Source: Paragordius varius (taxonomy: Eukaryota; Animalia; Nematomorpha). From it: a stretch of DNA of 64,000 nt. A program made the position numbers and the translations under genes. The stretch is from assembly GCA_964247055.1 (NCBI GenBank), contig OZ176054.1, positions 1,364,001-1,428,000 on the forward strand, in the 5' to 3' direction. Positions 50,001 to 63,819 of the stretch are shown here, piece by piece. How positions within the stretch are numbered: the first letter of the stretch is position 1; the number at the start of each line of letters is the position of its first letter. The notes under the pieces were generated by a model. It was not told the origin of the DNA, ran no database searches, and saw nothing but the letters and a program-made list of their open reading frames with translations.

Positions 50001-52261
50001 CATTTTCGTACTGTAGCAATTGTAAATTTTAATTTTTTTATATTATTTGTAAATTCTTATCACTATATTAAGTCTAATTGAACAATTTTGAAAAATGTTT
50101 TTGAATTGCTTGGTTTCAACATATATCTTTACATTTCTGGTCGAGATTTATTTAGTTCACTAACGCTAATTGAATTTATTTTCCATTTTTATTAGATTTT
50201 TAGCTGAATTAATGCATCGAATGGAGCCAGCGAAATCTATTAATGATTCAAGTTTGTTACCTTATATTATACAATTTACTTAAAATATGACAAATTTTTT
50301 TTGTCCAAACATTATAATATACCATTCTACAGTTCAAATTAACCCTCGAACAATTCAGATTCACCCTAAAATAAATTTAGTGTTTTGTAAGATGAAAATT
50401 AATATAATACTAAAAAAATAAACTATGCCATTAAGATATATTTCATATTAATGATGAGTTATATTAAACCGAAAACACTTTGAATTGTAAATGCTATATC
50501 ACAATCACAGGTAACATTCAAGACAAAACTGCCTCACGATTATTTCGCCAAAATAATGAAGCATTTATTCCAGCTTTTTTGGGGGCTTGTCCGCTCGGTT
50601 CTTTGGATTATTATAATGAATACTATAGCAACTATAATAATAAAAATGGAAGCAATCCAATAAATTTTATGCACCTCGAAAATAACTCAAACAATGGATT
50701 TGATCCTCTCTATTATGCCAACAACCACCATCCATCTAACAATATCAATAGCGCTCAACAAATGGTATTTAAGAATCGGATTAGAAATGGATTTATACGC
50801 GATAAACTTGCTAGTTTAGATCGGGCTTATACCATGGCATCAGGGAATGCAAACTACTCAGCCTTTGGTGCAATAAATCCCTATTCCCTTAGTAAAGAAT
50901 CTGATATTAATAATACTTGTCAACCAAATAAGTCGTCTAGTATGATTGGTGGCGATTTTTTATCTTCCCAAGAAAATTATGGGAAAGGAAATGGAAACCA
51001 GGAACCGGAAGATACAAGACCTGCAAAATTACTGTTTAACTCTGATCGAAATAAGTAAACCCTTTACTATATTGAAAATTTAAATGAGTTTGTATACTAT
51101 GGTCTAAATTTCTTTGTATAGAACAATTTCCATCGTAATAAATATTAATTATGTATAAAATGAATTTTGTTAACAAATAATAATTATAGCATACCTTATC
51201 GATTAAACGGGAAAATAGATTTGGTAGTTATGAGAATTCGATATAATAGTTAACATTGCAAGGAGTGGTGAAAATTGTATTAGCTTACAATTAAATTATA
51301 ATATGCATACTTGAAACTATCATGCTACTTGTGGGACTTATATATATATGGATATATATATAATTTTTAAGATTTCGCCTAAATCGAATTCCATACAATA
51401 CACCTCCCCATTACAATACTTTTCAACATTCATTTGGTACCTTGTTTGCAGAGTCTCCCGAATTTTATTCAAAGCTCTCAACTGAAACTCTTTTTTTCCT
51501 CTTTTACTATTTTGAGGTTTTTTTGCATCCATTATAATATAAATATTTTATTAATAAATTAGAGTAAAAATTGATATTATACCGATAAAAATTAAAATTA
51601 AAGGCAAATATTTTTAAAAAAAAAATATTGTTGACTTTTATAGGAAAATTTTTCTTTAATCTTGTTATGTTACTTATAAATTCAATTTTGTAAATTAATA
51701 GGTAATAAATTTAATTTGTTTTAATAAAATTTATTTTATTTTTTGCTTGTATAGGGCACTAAAGCACAATATTTAGCAGCAAAAACGTTAAAAAAGCTTG
51801 CTTGGAGGTTTCATACAAAATACTTGATGTGGTTCCAAAGACACGAAGAGCCAAAAACCATAACTGACGAATATGAACAGGTTTATTATATTGATTATCT
51901 AGAAAAAAATTCTTCCGTAATATTACTCAACCCGAAATTACGAGAAAATTTTTTGATTGCCCATATTTAACTATTTTAAATAATTTTTAATTAATTTATT
52001 CATAAAATAATTAATGTAATCACACAATACTTTTTATAAAATCCCAATTTAAGTTAAAACAGACTTTAATATAGACAAAAATCATTTTATTGTGGATTAA
52101 TTCGTTGTTTATATCATTAGTTATATACTAGTATAATTGATAAATATTTTATATTGTAACAACAGGGAACATACATTTACTTTGATTATGAAAAATGGTG
52201 TCAACGCCGCAAAGAAAATTTTACGTTTGAATACAAATATTTGGAGGACAAAGAGTTGTAG
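44089..52261 (+). CDS. CNOT3: CCR4-NOT subunit 3 (Not3/Not5 family), ~1,200 aa, 15 exons
   Basis: Exons 44089-44113, 44137-44204, 44281-44463, 45895-46656, 46738-46836, 47141-47254, 47328-47433, 47873-48042 (or 48075), 48361-48459, 48858-49855, 50196-50251, 50511-51054, 51372-51516, 51755-51880, 52166-52261. N-terminus [31 protein letters not shown]...[17 protein letters not shown]...[17 protein letters not shown]-box [53 protein letters not shown]...[11 protein letters not shown]...[13 protein letters not shown]. Exon boundaries in the low-complexity middle are less certain. Confidence 0.96.
44114..44136 (+). other. 20/23-nt spliceosomal intron (CNOT3 intron 1) with NAGNAG acceptor
   Basis: GTAAAAAATTTATATAATAGCAG lies between MADKRKLQ and EIDRCLKK. 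The unspliced frame hits TAA. Confidence 0.85.
50320..50400. mobile_element. Third, truncated copy of the 21-bp-repeat MITE, in a CNOT3 intron
   Basis: TACCATTCTACAGTTCAAATTAACCCTCGAACAATTCAGATTCACCCTAAAATAAAT matches the left end of 10552-10917. Confidence 0.65.
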
Positions 52262-53639
52262 AAATTCTTATCACAATGCGCTCGTTTCAGATGCAAATAG
52301 CCAATATCTTATATTCTTTTAAAAATTTTTTATATGACGATATGCATTATTTTTGAATAAAATATGCTAAATTATATATTGCTCTTTATATTTGTTATAG
52401 TATATCTAATTTAATTAAAGCGTTTAGAATATTAATGTAATTGTAAAAAGAAGAAATATTCATATTAATCTCTACCGCCTTTTTGTAAGCAACGTTTTAT
52501 TTAATTCGAAGCTCAAACTGTAAAACATTGACTTTTCCTCACTTAAAACTAAAGATTAGGTGGATGCAAATTCTTTATACGCATTTTCTCTTTGGAAAAA
52601 ATGGCTCATTAGTCGCATCGACCCTTTTTCAAATTTAATTATTATTAAAATAAATTTATTTAATATTTGATTTTTTGGATAATAAATTTTTTATTTATTA
52701 GTAATAACCTCCAGTTAAAAATAATTTTTAATTTATATTTCTGGCTAATTGAAAGGGTTTGCAAAATCTGTACTATCTTTCAACATTATTACTAAAAAAT
52801 ATTAAGCCAGTTATATAAAAATCGAAACAGTGCATTATGAACAGCTTGAGCTAATATGATTGTACCCGCTGTTTATTTAAATGATCTCACTTTGAGGGTG
52901 GTCACTCTAATATATTGAATATTTAAAATTATTGAACTATGTACACTATTCATTCTTTTGACTTTTCGACCATTAACGGTAATCAATCTATAATAAATAT
53001 AATTATACCTAAATTTATTAAAATTATTTTAGAAAAGGAATTAAACGGGTCTTTTTGCATTAAATTTAACCGATATATATTTAACTGCTTCTTGGCTAAT
53101 TTGTCTTAAAGTATTAGGAATTGGTATCAAAATTTTTCCGGTAACCAAATTATTCGAATGCCAATATTTAATTAAAATCAGATACAATCCATTAAAATTT
53201 GCTTTAATAATCGAAAATTTATCGTAGAAACCTAAATTAGGGTTCGATTTATGAGGACATTTTCTTTAGTATAACTGTTTTTATCTATTTAAAGGCTTGA
53301 AGGGATCAATTTTAGACGCCATCTCTTGTCTCTACGCTTTCTACATTTGCTTTACCCTTTATAACTATCTAGGGATTCGGCACGCACATGTTCGTAACAA
53401 GATATATTTTGTTCTATTCTTCTTATTTCATTTCTACGGCCAATAATGATTAGAAAAATGCACTTTTACATGCCTAATAATTTCAAAAACTTATTAATGT
53501 TGCTATATCATAGTTAATTGCTAAAGTAATATGGAGTGTTTTTTCGAAACATTCAATAAATGTTGTGATGTTCTATATTTTTACTTGGATATCGGATAAA
53601 TTGACATGTCTCTACATATCATGTATAGTCATTAGTAAT

Positions 53640-54700
53640 TACCGTTTAACTAAAGACGTCAGTAAAAAGTATGCAGAGATTAGTTTAATACAGATGTAAT
53701 TTCGTTTATCTGACATTAAATTGCAACCCACAATTTAAGTCCGAAGGTAACGGCTCATTTTCATTATTTATCAGCCATGTCGATTTTTTATTCGAACATT
53801 TGCAGCAACTTATTACATCGGGTAAAAAAAAGACTCTTGAAAGTCATCTGCTGGTATGAAATGGTGAACATGCTCTATCGATTAAAGCACGTGAAACATG
53901 GTTTCGAAAATTTAAAATCAATGTAAAGAATGGGCGCTCTGGTTGACCACACAATTGTCAATACGGTTAAATGTAAAGTTCATTGGATGATGACATAACA
54001 CAAATTCAACGGAAATTGGCAAACAACAATTAGTCAATGCCTACAGGCAATGGAAAGACCAATAAACTTGTATACCCAATCATTAACACCGAGACTAAAT
54101 TGGTTCGGCAAGAAAACCATGGTTAATGTATATTGGACTCAGTATTTATGAACTTTAGGCTATCGCCAACAAATGATTAATTTAAACCAGTGATCTTTGA
54201 ACCGTGGCCCTAACAGTGCTTTTATGGCCCCGAATAATTTATTAAATATTCTGAGGTACTTATTTCGAGTATAAATATTAGCAATTTCGCGGCCCCTGAG
54301 GAAGATAAATATTTTTTGTGGCCCTTTAATTTTTTTGGATATCTTTGATAAACCATGCATTAATCGAAGAACGACAGGAATGGGCCAGAAGACATATCAA
54401 CTAGATTTTTCTACATGAGAATGCCATACACAGCAAAACTATAAAGACATCATAAAATCGCTTCGATGGGAACTTCTCCTGGACCCGCCGTAATCTGTTG
54501 TGGCGGCTCACGCTTGTACAACAATACTTCAATAATTAAAAACGTTGGAAAAAGGCTTAGCGAATAGTCAGCAAAAGACAATGCTGGTACGGCATTCATG
54601 AATTACCTGAGAGATGGGCGAAATGTATATAAGCCGATGAACAATATATTAAATAAAATAAATAATTTCAAAATTATATTTTATTATCAGCAACCGGTAA
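53640..54700 (+). mobile_element. Decayed mariner element
   Basis: Remnants GEHALSIKARETWFRKFK, FGKKTMVNVYW, NLNHALIEERQEWARRH and GIHELPERWAKCI. The 5' AACTAAAGACGTCAG segment is shared with the other mariner relics. Boundaries approximate. Confidence 0.75.
54188..54354. mobile_element. Short hAT-like MITE nested in the mariner relic
   Basis: Begins CAGTG, contains repeated (G/T)GGCCC motifs like the 30366 MITE, and interrupts the mariner frame NLN|HALIEE. The right TIR and TSD are degenerate. Confidence 0.5.
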
Positions 54701-57340
54701 AAATAATGACTGCAGCTGGTAATGTTACATATAAAGTATTTTTATTAACACTTGGATACCACACATTCGTTTTAGTCCTTCGATTTAAATTGGGATAAAA
54801 ATCCCAGGCCTGTTTAAAATTAAATTCTTTAAAAAATATGGAAGGAATCGAAACTATGGCAAAATTTTGCACTTATATAACATTAATAAACCGAAATACA
54901 TAAAAATATTCAAAAATACTTGATATTACTTATTTTAAGCTAAAACCTAAATATAAAAATTTTGACAACGTGACATGTGTGCAATGATAAAATTGAAAAA
55001 TAATACAATATTAACCGCTTTTTTATCTCTCTATATGTTAGATGTAATTTAAATAAAAAATTAGCTTTAATTTTACCCTTAAAATTAAATGAGACGATAT
55101 TTTGCAAAAATTTTGTAAAATAAAATGGCGTCGAAGCTTGACATGGAACATTTTTTTCAAAACAAAATTTTATTTAGATATTTTGGCATATTTATATAAT
55201 TTTTATTAGGATAGTAGCATAAATTTAAATTGGGACCGTTTCCTTCAGTAGTTTTTTACAAATCATAACTCAAATTTAGTCTGGGGTATTTAGATACCCC
55301 AATTTGAATTGAAGTGTTAAGCTTCATTATGTCAACGCGCGGAAGGCACATCATATTTTGGTTTAATTATTGAGCGAAGGATTGGCGCTGTTCATATAAT
55401 CTATTATTCAAAATTTTATACTTTAACTAGGGATAGACATAATTTTGTTTTAGTTTAAAACTAAATTATTAATTTTATTTTCTTACTTTTGCTGTTTTCA
55501 TTAGTGCAACGTGAGCTTCATCGCCATACTAGTCAATTTTTATTCAGCGTTTAATATCATGGGACTTAAATGGTTTGAAATATTTTATCATAGTTACCCA
55601 TTTAATGTCATTTACATTGTTTTATGTTACAGTATGTAATTATATATTGCTAGTTTTTCATTTATTGCCAAATAGCATGCGCAGAGAATTATTATTGGCT
55701 TATAATAGTAAAAAGTGAAAAAAAGAACTATATGCCAATAATACTATCCTTTGAAAAATCAGTAATGTATATTTACTTATACTGTATTTTGAGGCTTCCC
55801 ATATTTCTCATTTTTTACGTTTCCTCTTGACATCCATTATACTAAACTGGGGTCGTAATTATATACAGCATTTATATGTAACGCATAATATTGAAGGAGT
55901 TGATATCATTTACAAAATAAAAGATTACAGTTGAGTGCCCACCCATTTTAATGCTGTTAATATCGATATAAAATCACCATATTCATAATAATCCATAAAT
56001 TAAATATTTTATTAATCATTTGTACAAAAGTTTTTTTAAATTTTATAATTGGACGAAAAATGTGTCCTGCTCAAAGTTAATGAGTCCCTGATTAGGCTTG
56101 TTTTAAATTTTATAAATATAAAACTTAAGAGTAGATCTATCTATACAATGGTGTTAAATGAGCTACCATAGAGCTATTTTTAGGGATAAAATTACTTTAA
56201 ATCCGACTGCATTTTATATGTATACACCGGCCCTTAAATGTGTTGAATATAGCTGTCAATAACATACCATTTTTTAGAGTTTCTCTATGGTTTTGTTTAA
56301 AGTACAACTTGTTTGATAAACCACTTATTTCTCAAACTAAACGTGTTTGATAAAAACAACTTTTATTATCTGTATAAAAGTTAATAAATAAAAACTCTGG
56401 CAATTACAAGTCCACTGAGACTTCTATAAAATCTGATAAACCAGTTAAAAAGTACCATTGTATATGTTCCCAATAACACAACATGGTTAGTATGTCAACT
56501 ATATACATTCAATATTAATAATTGTATTTAAGTTTTTTTAACAAGATGCGCACATGTGAAATCGATAAATAACAATACAATACGAGAATTTTTATGGTGG
56601 ACAGATATATTAATGGACATAACATTGTGATAAGAAAAAACAAGATTTATATTTTCATTTTTTTGAAAAAAAGTTATCTCACGTATATAAAAGATGAAGA
56701 TTCATTTGTGTGATTGTTTTTAAAGATTTTCTTTCTCCATTGACTTTTGCTATACACTTCCAAATCTTATGTGTTATGTGTATGGATATGATAAACTTTT
56801 TTTAGCTAGCTCAGTACAGCAAAAACAATTACAACATATTAAAAATCGTTTCGTTTTTATCCATCTATTCTTAATGGAAAAGAGAATGTACAATACGTTT
56901 ATCTATCTATCTATCTAACTATCTAATAGTATCCTCTTAAAATTCATAACGTGTGTTGTGTGCTATTAAAAATATAAACTAAAATTAATAATTTACACGA
57001 GAAGGAAGAACAAACAACAGAACAGAACACAACAATATTGAAATTAAATTATCTATTTATATAACATCTCTCTCTCTAAAAAATATTATATTTTGTACAA
57101 AACTCCCCCAACTAACAACTACTGCAAAGAATAACGCCTCTTCCTTTCTTTCCTCTCAATTGGGATGAAAATTCATATTATAAAAGCGACCATTTGAAAA
57201 TTCGGGACAATATATATATACATATATATTTTTTACATGCGTGCGAAAATTCAAAAATGAAATTGATTATCAATCACAATTAAAATCATTGAAAGTTGTA
57301 GCATATATGGTTAAATGTCAAATCTCTATGGTTTTATCCA

Positions 57341-59024
57341 ATGCTGAAGAATGTATCTTTATCGTCTACCCCAATTTATCATGACAAAAACTGTACAACG
57401 CAATTATTACCATCATTATTTTGTTCTCAGACAATAGGGACTTTGACAAAAAGGTATGTATATGTGAGAATTAATAAATTTTTTTGGTATGGCTTTTTTA
57501 TAAATAATTAATTATATATATATTAAATGTAGGTCTCAAAAAACTAATATTCAAGATTCAATAATCTTAAATTTTGGACAAAACTCATTTCTGTTGTTTA
57601 AACGGTTGAAAAGATACATTAATCTGACAATCATTTTATTCTTGCTTATATTACTGACAATGCAAAACGAATACAAATTTATCTCGCCGGTCAATGCTGG
57701 AGCTGATGCAATAAAAAGTTTAAATCGAAGTCCTCGCGATCTAGGTCACCCATCTTTAATTTTTAACCCAAAAAATATTTTGCCAATCGAATCGAAAAGG
57801 AGAAAAAAGTATGACATTTTGACAAACCGACAATCTTACCATCCCACACATACAATAGACAAATGGGTCAAACAATCAGATTACATAATTGTCGCAAAAT
57901 TTACCCCTTACCAAAACCATGATGCAATTAATGTCCAAAATATCCGAAAAAATGAGCCTAATACTTATCACCAATTCGAGATGTTTTTAAAAGCAAATCG
58001 TTCCCGACACACAACAACACTTTATCAATGTTTGCCTCTTAAAATCATTAAAATGCCATCATCAACATCATTTAATCATCAAAAACATATAAATCACCCA
58101 ATTAAAATAATGAACAATTTGTGGGTAAAATCTAAATTTCGTTTGAATATTATAGCAAGTGGTCCTGATAAAACTTTAAACAAGTCACTCTCCATAGATC
58201 CTCATTTACGCTATATACTCTTTTTGAAATCAACTACCTTAAAAACAACTCACCCTAAACGAACCATAAATCGTAAAAATTATTCGACAGATCACTCGGC
58301 AATCTCGAATATCACATTTAATTTTAACCATATTTTTACATTAAATGTCCAACCGTTAATATATAGTCGTCAAATTAAACAACGGATTCGTTCAATATTC
58401 ATCTCACAACGATTTTGCGGTAAAAATATTTTTTTACTGATTTTTTAAAATAAACCAACCCATTTTTAAATACTAAAAGCGAAGGTTTTTTACTATTTTT
58501 AGCTTTAATCATAGTTGTTATAAGCCCACTTAAACTATATCTTTTAATAACTTTAAGTCGAAATTTAATATTTGTCATGTCACAATTAACATTAATATAA
58601 TTAATTATATAAGCCTCGAGCATTTGATAGTTTTTGGAAAAAACTAATTTTTGCCGAAATTCTTTCATATGAAGGAAGGCTCACTCGAAAGAAAGAAAAT
58701 TGTTTGATGTAGGTAGTTAGTTTGTTGTTTTTTTTATACCGTTATAGTTTCTAATGTTCGTTCTTCATAATTTAAATTGTATTTATAATACATTTTCGAA
58801 TTTTAGTAAAATAAACCAATAAATTACTGATGCTATATATATATATATATATATATAGATTACGTTTTTAGAAAATATAAAAATAAAATAAATTCAAAAA
58901 GCTTGTACCAAGTATTTAAATTACAGAAACATATGTGTTGAGGAGTCAACATGCATCTATAAATTGGAATAACACACATTATTTTTTTATGAAACCACTA
59001 AATTAAAAATCGTTTTTATATATG

Positions 59025-59074
<50 letters not shown>

Positions 59075-62000
59075 TTCTCTAATATATTCTGATCGCAAAT
59101 ATTAATGTATTCCTATATATAAATTTTAACAATCCATTTCTTCTATTTTAATTTTTTGAAATTAACTAAAAGCCCCCACGCTAATTAAGTTCGTATATCA
59201 AAACAGTTGTGGCTATAAATATTAAAATCTATAATATTATTTAAATTTAAAAGATGAATTACAAGGTTAAAATCCTAATTAAAACTATATTTATTTCGAA
59301 AAAGAAAACACATTTTCCCAAACGTTTTATCAACATTATCAGGTCCGCCTTTATAACCGCAAAAATATTCATTCAATCATTCGAATTGAATTGGCCCCAC
59401 ACCTTATATATGCCATTGTAAATAGATAAATTTAGTCAAAATTATTTGAAAAATTAAATTAAAAAGTGTAATACATAAGTTATGACGTGGGTGAATTGAT
59501 CACAATAATTTATTAGCCGAAAATCTGTCATAATCGTCGCTTTTTTATGTAAAAGGAACTGCCATCTGCAAACATGCATTTTTAAATAATTTAAAGCAAA
59601 AAAAATAGTAGGGTTTAATTGTCTTTTAAAATATCATAATATGCGCAATTTTATTATAAACATTTATAAATAAATTTGATTCTTAGCTGCATAGGATCAA
59701 TTTTACAAATTGGTTTCTTTGGATTAATTGTTTTAGTGCCAAAAAAATCACATTTTTATCGAACATTTTTTTGAATAAAATTAAATATGGAAAACGCGCC
59801 AATTAACTTTTATTTTATCATAAAGATAATACTTAACGCAAATTATTATAAACCTTTTTCTACTAGGTAATTTAATCATTTACAATAATTTCAAGCAAAG
59901 ATGTTAAAATAAAAAAACTTGCTATTATGCGGTAAAGATTTCAATTTTTATTTTAACCATCCTACATTTGAAAAATATATAAAGTTTACCCAATATTTGA
60001 TTGGTTGGTTTCTCCTAGTCGAATTTGACTTTATGGATAAAGTGTGCACTGTTGATTCCATTTGTTCCTATCTTTTACCAATATATTCAAATCATGTCAT
60101 ATTAGTCTGCTGTTTTATCATATCTAACCATCTCATATGTGGCCAGCTTCGATTTCCTTGCCCTTCTACCTTTCCAAACATTATGTCTTTCTCTATGGAT
60201 TTGATATGTTAATATTTATGTTTCCATAAATCATCTCCAAGATACTTGAATTACGGGGTATTGTGTGTTTAGCTTTCAATTACTAATTCTGTCTCTGCAG
60301 GTATATCCAAGCATCTTACGCCAACGGCTCTTTTCAAAGCCATAAGAGATTTTTTGTTTCTATTTTAAGACAACTCCTTCACCCATATGTGGTGACAGGA
60401 AGAACGAAACAATTACCTTGTTTTAAAACTATTATTTTTCCATATTTTTATTAGTTTTGTCTTCGTCTCCTTACCCAATCATTTTTTCTGATGTCAGGTG
60501 TATAAATTTATCCTCGAACGTTTTAACACAAAACATGTGAGTTAACTACTTCTATTTTTCCCCTTCCATTACAATTACAGGCTTGTCAAAATGCTTAATA
60601 TTTAGTTTTAGGGTTGTGCATTGTCCTCGAATCTCATGTGTTAGTTTAAATCTTTTACATTTTTAGTTATATGTGCGTCTGAATATTTTTACCATATATA
60701 TTTCTCCTTTTCATTCTTATGTAATGTTTAATAGATAAAAGGATAAAAACCCCTGTTTGACCCCTTTAGTCGAAATTTTTTCTGTGTCACCCGCTGTTGA
60801 TCAGATAATTGATGTTTGTTCTGGTTATAAGGAACCATCAATATTAACAAGTGCGACGATACCCTTAATTGTTTCAAATATATCGTGCTTAAAAAATGAT
60901 CCAGCCAGCAAATTTTCAATAATTTGCACCAAAGCTGAATTATGTTATAATTTTCACAAAACAATAGAATAATTTATTATCTCGGTTTGTTATACCCAAA
61001 TTCGTTACAAATATTTTTGTACTATTTGGCCTTTATTTGGAAAGGAAATTAATCAGTTAATTATCTAATATAAATTTATTGGCTTCCACACATTTCCCCT
61101 GTTTCTCATGAATTTTGTGAATTCACATTCGTCAAACCTTTTTTTCGACGAAAGTGCTTCTCTACAAGGGTGCGCCTCATTAATGGAAGATGTATTAATC
61201 AAACGGCGCCAGGTCAGGAGAGTAGCGGATGCGTTAAGACGGTGCATCTTTATGCCGGAAAATAACTTTGCCATGTTTTTGGCTCATTCCGGACTTCTCG
61301 ATAATGCATGGAAATTAGTATTTGATGGTGACAGCGTTGTGTATAAACCGTTTCACCGGGCTTTGGAGGTTTTTAATGCACAATAGCTGTATGGTCTTGC
61401 CAAACAGAAAGATTGGTCATCTTGCCACAGCGATTTAGCTCTGTGGATAGAAAATGTGGAAGACATGCTATTTTCCGCATTAAATTAACAAAATAGGCCA
61501 ATTCTCATCACCCGTCTGAGCAAAACTGATTTTTTTCGTGACGTATGTAGAATTTTACAAGACACTTAACGATTTTCGATTTAATGATTATTCGAATTGT
61601 GGGACTCATTTACCGAGTTTATTATTTTTTCCATTACCCGTACACATTTACTGATTGTTTATTGTGATACAAGTAATTCTGCCAGTTGCCGTTGATTGTG
61701 ATTTTTGTCATCAATAATAATTCTTGCATTTGATTGCCTTGTCTGGTCTATCAGATAGCCCACTCTCTTTCAGATTTAAATCAAAACTTATGTTAACCAA
61801 ATGTTTCTGCCACCAAACGACGACTTTTAACAGCCTTTTTTTTCCGAAAGAATTATCAAAGCAATCCGTGCCGCAAATGTTTGCTATCAGACATAACATT
61901 GCTTAATGATAAAAATAAGACCCTAATATGTGGAAGACTTAATTGTGTTAATTTGTAGTTTAATGTCCTATGAATGAAATGGCCTAAGTTTAAAATTATC

Positions 62001-63819
62001 GTCTGCGTACTTTTCGTTGACGTTTTCTTTTAGTTACGTAATGCCTTATGGCTACATAAGTAATTATATGATGATTAAGATAAAAATTAAAATCTTTTAC
62101 CGCTTAATAGCATTTTTTATCCAAATTTGACATCAAAGTGCAATTTAATTTTTAATGAGTCTTTAAATGACCTTTCAAAATTTTTTTATCGATATTAATT
62201 TGCTTTAATAAATTAACTTTAGGATACTATTTAAATATAAAATTTAGTAGGCGCGTTTTCATCTACTTGATTTTCTTCCAAATAGGTGATAAAAATGCGA
62301 TTTTTAGATTTTGGCTAATGCAGAAAAAAATTTCTTTTCAAGTATTCTGAAGCTTTCAATTATTAACTGATATCCGATTTATGCCCGTTTTGCTGAACGA
62401 TGTTATAAATCAAAAATGTACCTAGATTATTTCTTTACTGTAATATAATATCAATAATAAATTTGAATTTATCCACAATTCAAGACTCGGAATATTTTAA
62501 GAATATGATTTCAATAAATTTAAATAATTTAAATGTTATATATGTCATTTCATTTTGAACCGCTTCAACTGGGAAAAACAGAACCGATAATTATAAATTA
62601 CGCGTTTTGCATTAGATTAATATTGGCCGGTGTTTAATTTCAAAATAGGGAATGTGCAATTTTTGGTTCAACACTGATTTAACTAATGTACCCGATATAA
62701 GTTATTATTGCAAATAATTTTTTAATAAACTATGTAAAAAACTGCTTTTAAGAATATTACAAAATTAATTCAAACATTGATAACGATCGTTAATATTTAA
62801 ACTTTTAATTTAATAAGGATGCCCTTTCCCCGATTTAAAATGTTTACGTTAAAAATTTTTTATAAAAAATTAAGCTTGACCATTCTTATAATTTTCAATA
62901 TCATTAACATAAATTCAATTAATTTACATTTTTAATTTTTTTGTAAGATGTATAACAATTAAAGTACTTAAACAAGCGACCATGTGTTGCTATCAATTCC
63001 TCTTAATTATTAACAAATATTTTTGATTCTTATGAGCAGCCAGATCAAATCGAATTTCCACTTATTAAATCAATACTTAATGGATTTAATTGAGATTGAT
63101 TAAAACCGTTTTTTTAAACAAAATTTATCCTTTAAGGAACACTTTAAATGCTATAAATTATAATAATCAATTATGTGGCTAATAAGTTATCAAATTAATT
63201 AACAATAATCAAATTTTTTGCAATTGTGATCGATCGATTCCTCACTAAAACAAAGAAAAGAAAGTCTGAGTTATTTAACACATTAGGCAATAAAACAAAA
63301 CTCCAGATAATTTAATATTTGGAAAGATAGCAGAAACGTTTTTGACATCCTGTAATTTCAAATATTTTTTATATATCTATTTTAACTAGGTCCAACCAAT
63401 ATTGCCAAACCGCTCTTAAAATTAACTGGTAAGAAGTATACCAAAATTTATAATGAAATACCCGTAACCACCATTCAATTTAAGTGTCACTTGGACCTAG
63501 AATACTCGATACCAGACAATAAAGTTCCCATTAATATCTCTATGAAAGACAGCAAATTTAGGCGACAGCTAAAACGTATCGCTAAAGTCCGTGATATTAA
63601 ATGGTTTTTGAATCACAAACAAATACCGTTCTTTGATCAAATCACATACGCCGTTTGGAATAAATCTTCAAAATCGATTTCAGTAAAACACCATCAACAG
63701 TCCTCATCAATCCCTAACACTCAACTTTCAACCCAAAAATTAGATGTGGGTAAAGGGATTCAATATCACAGCAAATCCATGCAAAATAATCACAAACCTA
63801 TTGTTCGCCTCTATTACCA
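57341..63819 (+). CDS. Vein/neuregulin-like protein, 5' part (hydrophobic anchor, NRG2/Vein-type N-terminal domain, start of Ig domain); continues beyond the window
   Basis: Exons 57341-57453, 57533-58419 and 63390-63819 are phase-compatible GT-AG. Hydrophobic INLTIILFLLILLTM; domain with SDYIIVAKF..CLPLKIIK..LRYILFLK..KQRIRSIF..C; Ig-like IQFKC...IKWFLN. The EGF module is not within the window, so the family call is inferred. Confidence 0.68.
59026..59066. repeat. (TA)n microsatellite
   Basis: Pure TA run. Confidence 0.95.
60001..60950 (-). mobile_element. Second, 5'-truncated and more decayed RTE copy, in the vein-like intron
   Basis: The reverse strand gives STAGDTEKISTKGVKQG (RT), an RTE C-terminal region similar to 6024-6437, and the same 3' tail GGAGAAACCAACCAA. 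Confidence 0.85.
61040..62040 (-). mobile_element. Decayed mariner element
   Basis: The reverse strand reads YSPDLAPFD*YIF (~61190-61224), has HALxEK..W.K.HGKVI remnants and a mariner-like N-terminus near 61750-61880. Boundaries approximate. Confidence 0.75.

Noticed and set aside
59730-62310. Diverged inverted repeats (~59730-59830 and ~62220-62310, GAAAACGCGCC core) bracketing the RTE and mariner relics as a composite transposon
   Set aside because: Similarity is patchy, with no terminal motif or TSD; more simply two independent copies of a dispersed repeat.
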